64,000 nucleotides of DNA, taken from assembly GCA_030390025.1 (NCBI GenBank), contig JASTWF010000034.1:434001-498000 (forward strand). The letters are read 5' to 3'. A model generated the notes under the pieces. The model did no database searches. It was not told where the DNA came from and saw nothing but the letters and a program-made list of their open reading frames with translations. This DNA is from Squalus acanthias. Lineage: Eukaryota. Below, piece after piece: positions 61,291 to 64,000 of this stretch (position 1 is the first letter of the stretch; each line of letters begins with the position of its first letter). A program made the position numbers and the translations under genes.

Positions 61291-61477
61291 GGGGGGATGA
61301 ACATAAACGGGGGTGAATTAGACAGCTGAGTGTTCGAATTAACAGGGAGGATTAAAAGGGGCTGTTCAGGGGGAGCGGGGGAGTTTGAGATGGGAGAATA
61401 AAACTGCGGAGGGCGATAAACGGCGTGGGATTGGCGTAACAGCTGGGGTGTGGTAAGACTCACAGGCAGGTAAACCA

Positions 61478-62015
61478 CGGGTTAGATACAGAGTAAAACT
61501 CACTCTACACTGCCCCATCAGATACTCCCAGGTCAGGTACAGCATGGGTTAGATAAAGAGTGAAGCTCACTCTACACTGTCCTATTGAACACTCCAAGCA
61601 CAGGTACAGCACGCGATAGATACAGAGTGAATCTTGCTCTTTACTGTCCCCATCAAACACTCCCAGAGCAGGTATAACACCAGTTAGATAAATAATAAAG
61701 CTTCCTCTACACTGTCCCATCGAACACTGCCAGGGCAGGTATAACACCAGTTAGATAAAGAGTAAAGCTCTGTCCACTCAGTCCCACCAAATACAGACAG
61801 GGCAGGTTTAACACCAGTTAGATAAAGAGTAAAGCTCTGTCTACTCAGTCCCACCAAATACAGACAGGGCAGGTTTAACACCAGTTAGATAAAGAGTAAA
61901 GCTCTGTCTACTCAGTCCCACCAAATACAGACAGGGCAGGTTTAACACCAGTTAGATAAAGGATAACATTCCCTCTACACTCTCCCATCAAACACTCCCA
62001 GGGCAGGTACAGGGG
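61478..62015. repeat. 66-67 bp tandem repeat (GTTAGATACAGAGTAAAGCT..CCCATCAAACACTCCCAGGGCAGGTACAGC)
   Basis: About 8 units; related units inverted at 28620-28748 and 29518-29630. Confidence 0.88.
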
Positions 62016-62371
62016 TTCGATTATTTAATGGCCATCAATATAAGTTGGTCACTAATAAAACCAACAAGGAATTCAGGAGAAACATCTTCACCCAGAGAGT
62101 GTGAGAATGTGGAGCTCGCGACCACATGGAGTATTTGAGGCGAATAACATCGTTGCATTTTAGGGCAAGCTGTAAAAGTACATGAGGGAGAAAGGAATAG
62201 AAGGATGTGAGATGAAGTAGGGTGGGAGGAGGTCGTGTGGAGCATAAACACCGGCATGGACCTGGTGGGCCGAATAGCCTGTGTCCGTGCTGTAAATACG
62301 ATGTAATGTAATAGATTAAAGTTCCTTCGACATTGCCCCATCAAATACACCCAGGGCAGGTACAGCATAGA

Positions 62372-62535
62372 CCTTCCCGTTTGTTCTTTCTTCCCATCCC
62401 ACCCTTTCCCTGCCTCTGTACTTGCTTAAAATCAGTTACAACTGCAACATGTTTCAGTTCTGATGTAAGGTCATCGATCTGAAACTCTAACTCTGTTTCT
62501 CCCTTCGCAGATGCTGCCTGACCTGCTGAGCAATG
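62372..62535 (+). mobile_element. Penelope-like solo pLTR (inverted paralogue of 28470-28620)
   Basis: AGTTCTGATGTAAGGTCATCGATCTGAAAC..CAGATGCTGCCTGACCTGCTGAG. Confidence 0.75.
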
Positions 62536-62762
62536 TTCCCTGTAAGGTGCGTGGATGCGTGGTGATCTGTAAGGTCCCGCGCACTGAAATTCACAGGCCG
62601 CGCAGTGAGCTGGAGCAGGCGGAGGAGCCCAATACCCAATAATCCATGAATCCTCACAGAGCTTTTTGTGACCTCAAAGAGCTGAGCTGAATTGGAACAA
62701 CATTTGCTGATATACGGAGCCCTGGAACCCGGCGAGCGTTGTCTAAGGATTCTTTCAGCACT

Positions 62763-62776
62763 GTTTCCATGGAGAC
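62763..62776. promoter_or_regulatory. RFX X-box-like palindrome in a CpG-rich patch
   Basis: GTTTCCATGGAGAC (reverse complement GTCTCCATGGAAAC) fits the GTYNCCATGGNAAC consensus. Confidence 0.4.
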
Positions 62777-64000
62777 GCGTGTTGTCCGTTCCCGGGGACT
62801 GAGCGGCGGCCGCAGGTTGGAACAACACAGGTGGAGGCGCAGCGCGTATACAATGGTACAATGGCCACTGGAAGGAGGCGAAAACAAACATTTTTTAGCA
62901 CCTCATTGAAACTAAAATATGAACATTTTTTTGATTTTTAATTCAGAAAATTGTTTAAACCCGCAAAGGGATATGGCAAAGTGATGCTGAATGTGTTGTG
63001 CTAAGTTCCAGTTCAATTTTGCCAGGGCTTGTCCCGTTTTTGAAACAGTTTATCAGGGTTATTTAAATCATGTTGCGAGAGAGGGAGAAAAGTTTGTGCC
63101 CCAGTTTGTACCTCAGGGTCTGAGAGACGGAGGGAACGGCAGCAGAAAAACAGGAAACAAAATCTCCAAAAGCTGATTCCAACTCATCGCCAAGTCTGGG
63201 GAGAGTTACCCTCACCGCCTTCTGAGGAAGTTTAACCACTTTATTCACTTTCTGATTTGAGCTCCGTTTGGAATCAGACTTTATTTTTATGTTTTTTGTT
63301 GTATGTTTCACGACTGCATTGAAGGGGGAAGGAGATACTTGGAGCAACTTCTTCTGTCAAAACTGCAATGAGACTTGAAATAATTTAAAGATTTTTAATG
63401 AACATTTTACAAAAAATGAGTATTAAAAACACGTTTTCCCCCTGAATATCGTATATGATTTTGGAAGATACTGAAGCAAAAGCCAATTTTCCCCTCACCT
63501 AAACAAGTTTCAAACAGGTCTTGAATTCCAAACGCTTTTAAAGATTCTCTGAAATGCTTAAAATGTTTTAAAATTGAAATTTCTCAATATTTGATTTGAG
63601 CGATCAAGTGAAGTTAACAGCTTTACACAAACATGCAACCATGGTGTTGAGGAGGGGGAGGGCAGGGGAGGATTTGTAGGAGTTACATATTAATTTTTTA
63701 TGACTTTTTAAAAATATACCATTAAGAAATTTAGGAAGAGAACCAAAAAAGGGGAAACACAAACCATTTTATTCTGTCTGTTTTCTATAGTCCTAACAAG
63801 TCACAGGAATAATGTAAATATAGATTTCCTCTTAAACATTTAGTGGAGTGTTAATAGAAACAAGAGTTATGTAATGATATATAAAAAATGCAGAAGCTAC
63901 TTTAGAAGAAACCATCCTTGTTTATTGAGAAAGACACAGACAGTGCTTTGATGAAACTGATAACTTACAATTCGATTTGGTTTGAATATCTGAAATAGGA

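Noticed and set aside
62487..63347. ORFs partly shared between the inverted duplicates
   Set aside because: Frames are not preserved between copies, one runs into a pLTR, and no recognisable domain is present

Overview
Repeat-dominated vertebrate genomic window. The TE landscape (many CR1 LINEs, a Penelope-like element, Deu-domain and tRNA SINEs, Harbinger) and the GPR139/GPR142-like receptor exons suggest a cartilaginous fish (inference). The only convincing host coding sequence is a two-exon-type class A GPCR: an N-terminus/TM1 exon on the minus strand (9831-9609) and a phase-compatible TM1-end to TM7 exon on the plus strand (24513-25414), facing away from each other across a 200-N assembly gap. 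The rest comprises CR1/L2/other non-LTR fragments, a decayed Harbinger transposase with MITEs, and a Penelope-like retroelement with hammerhead-like motifs. There are at least seven tandem-repeat families, one derived from CR1 reverse-transcriptase coding sequence. Also present are a patchwork of local duplications, an inverted duplication (about 26.4-29.8 kb vs 62.1-64 kb), and a candidate CCAAT/TATA promoter followed by an array of YY1-type motifs and a consensus splice donor at 59.6-60.1 kb. TE boundaries are approximate, and all alignments were made by eye.
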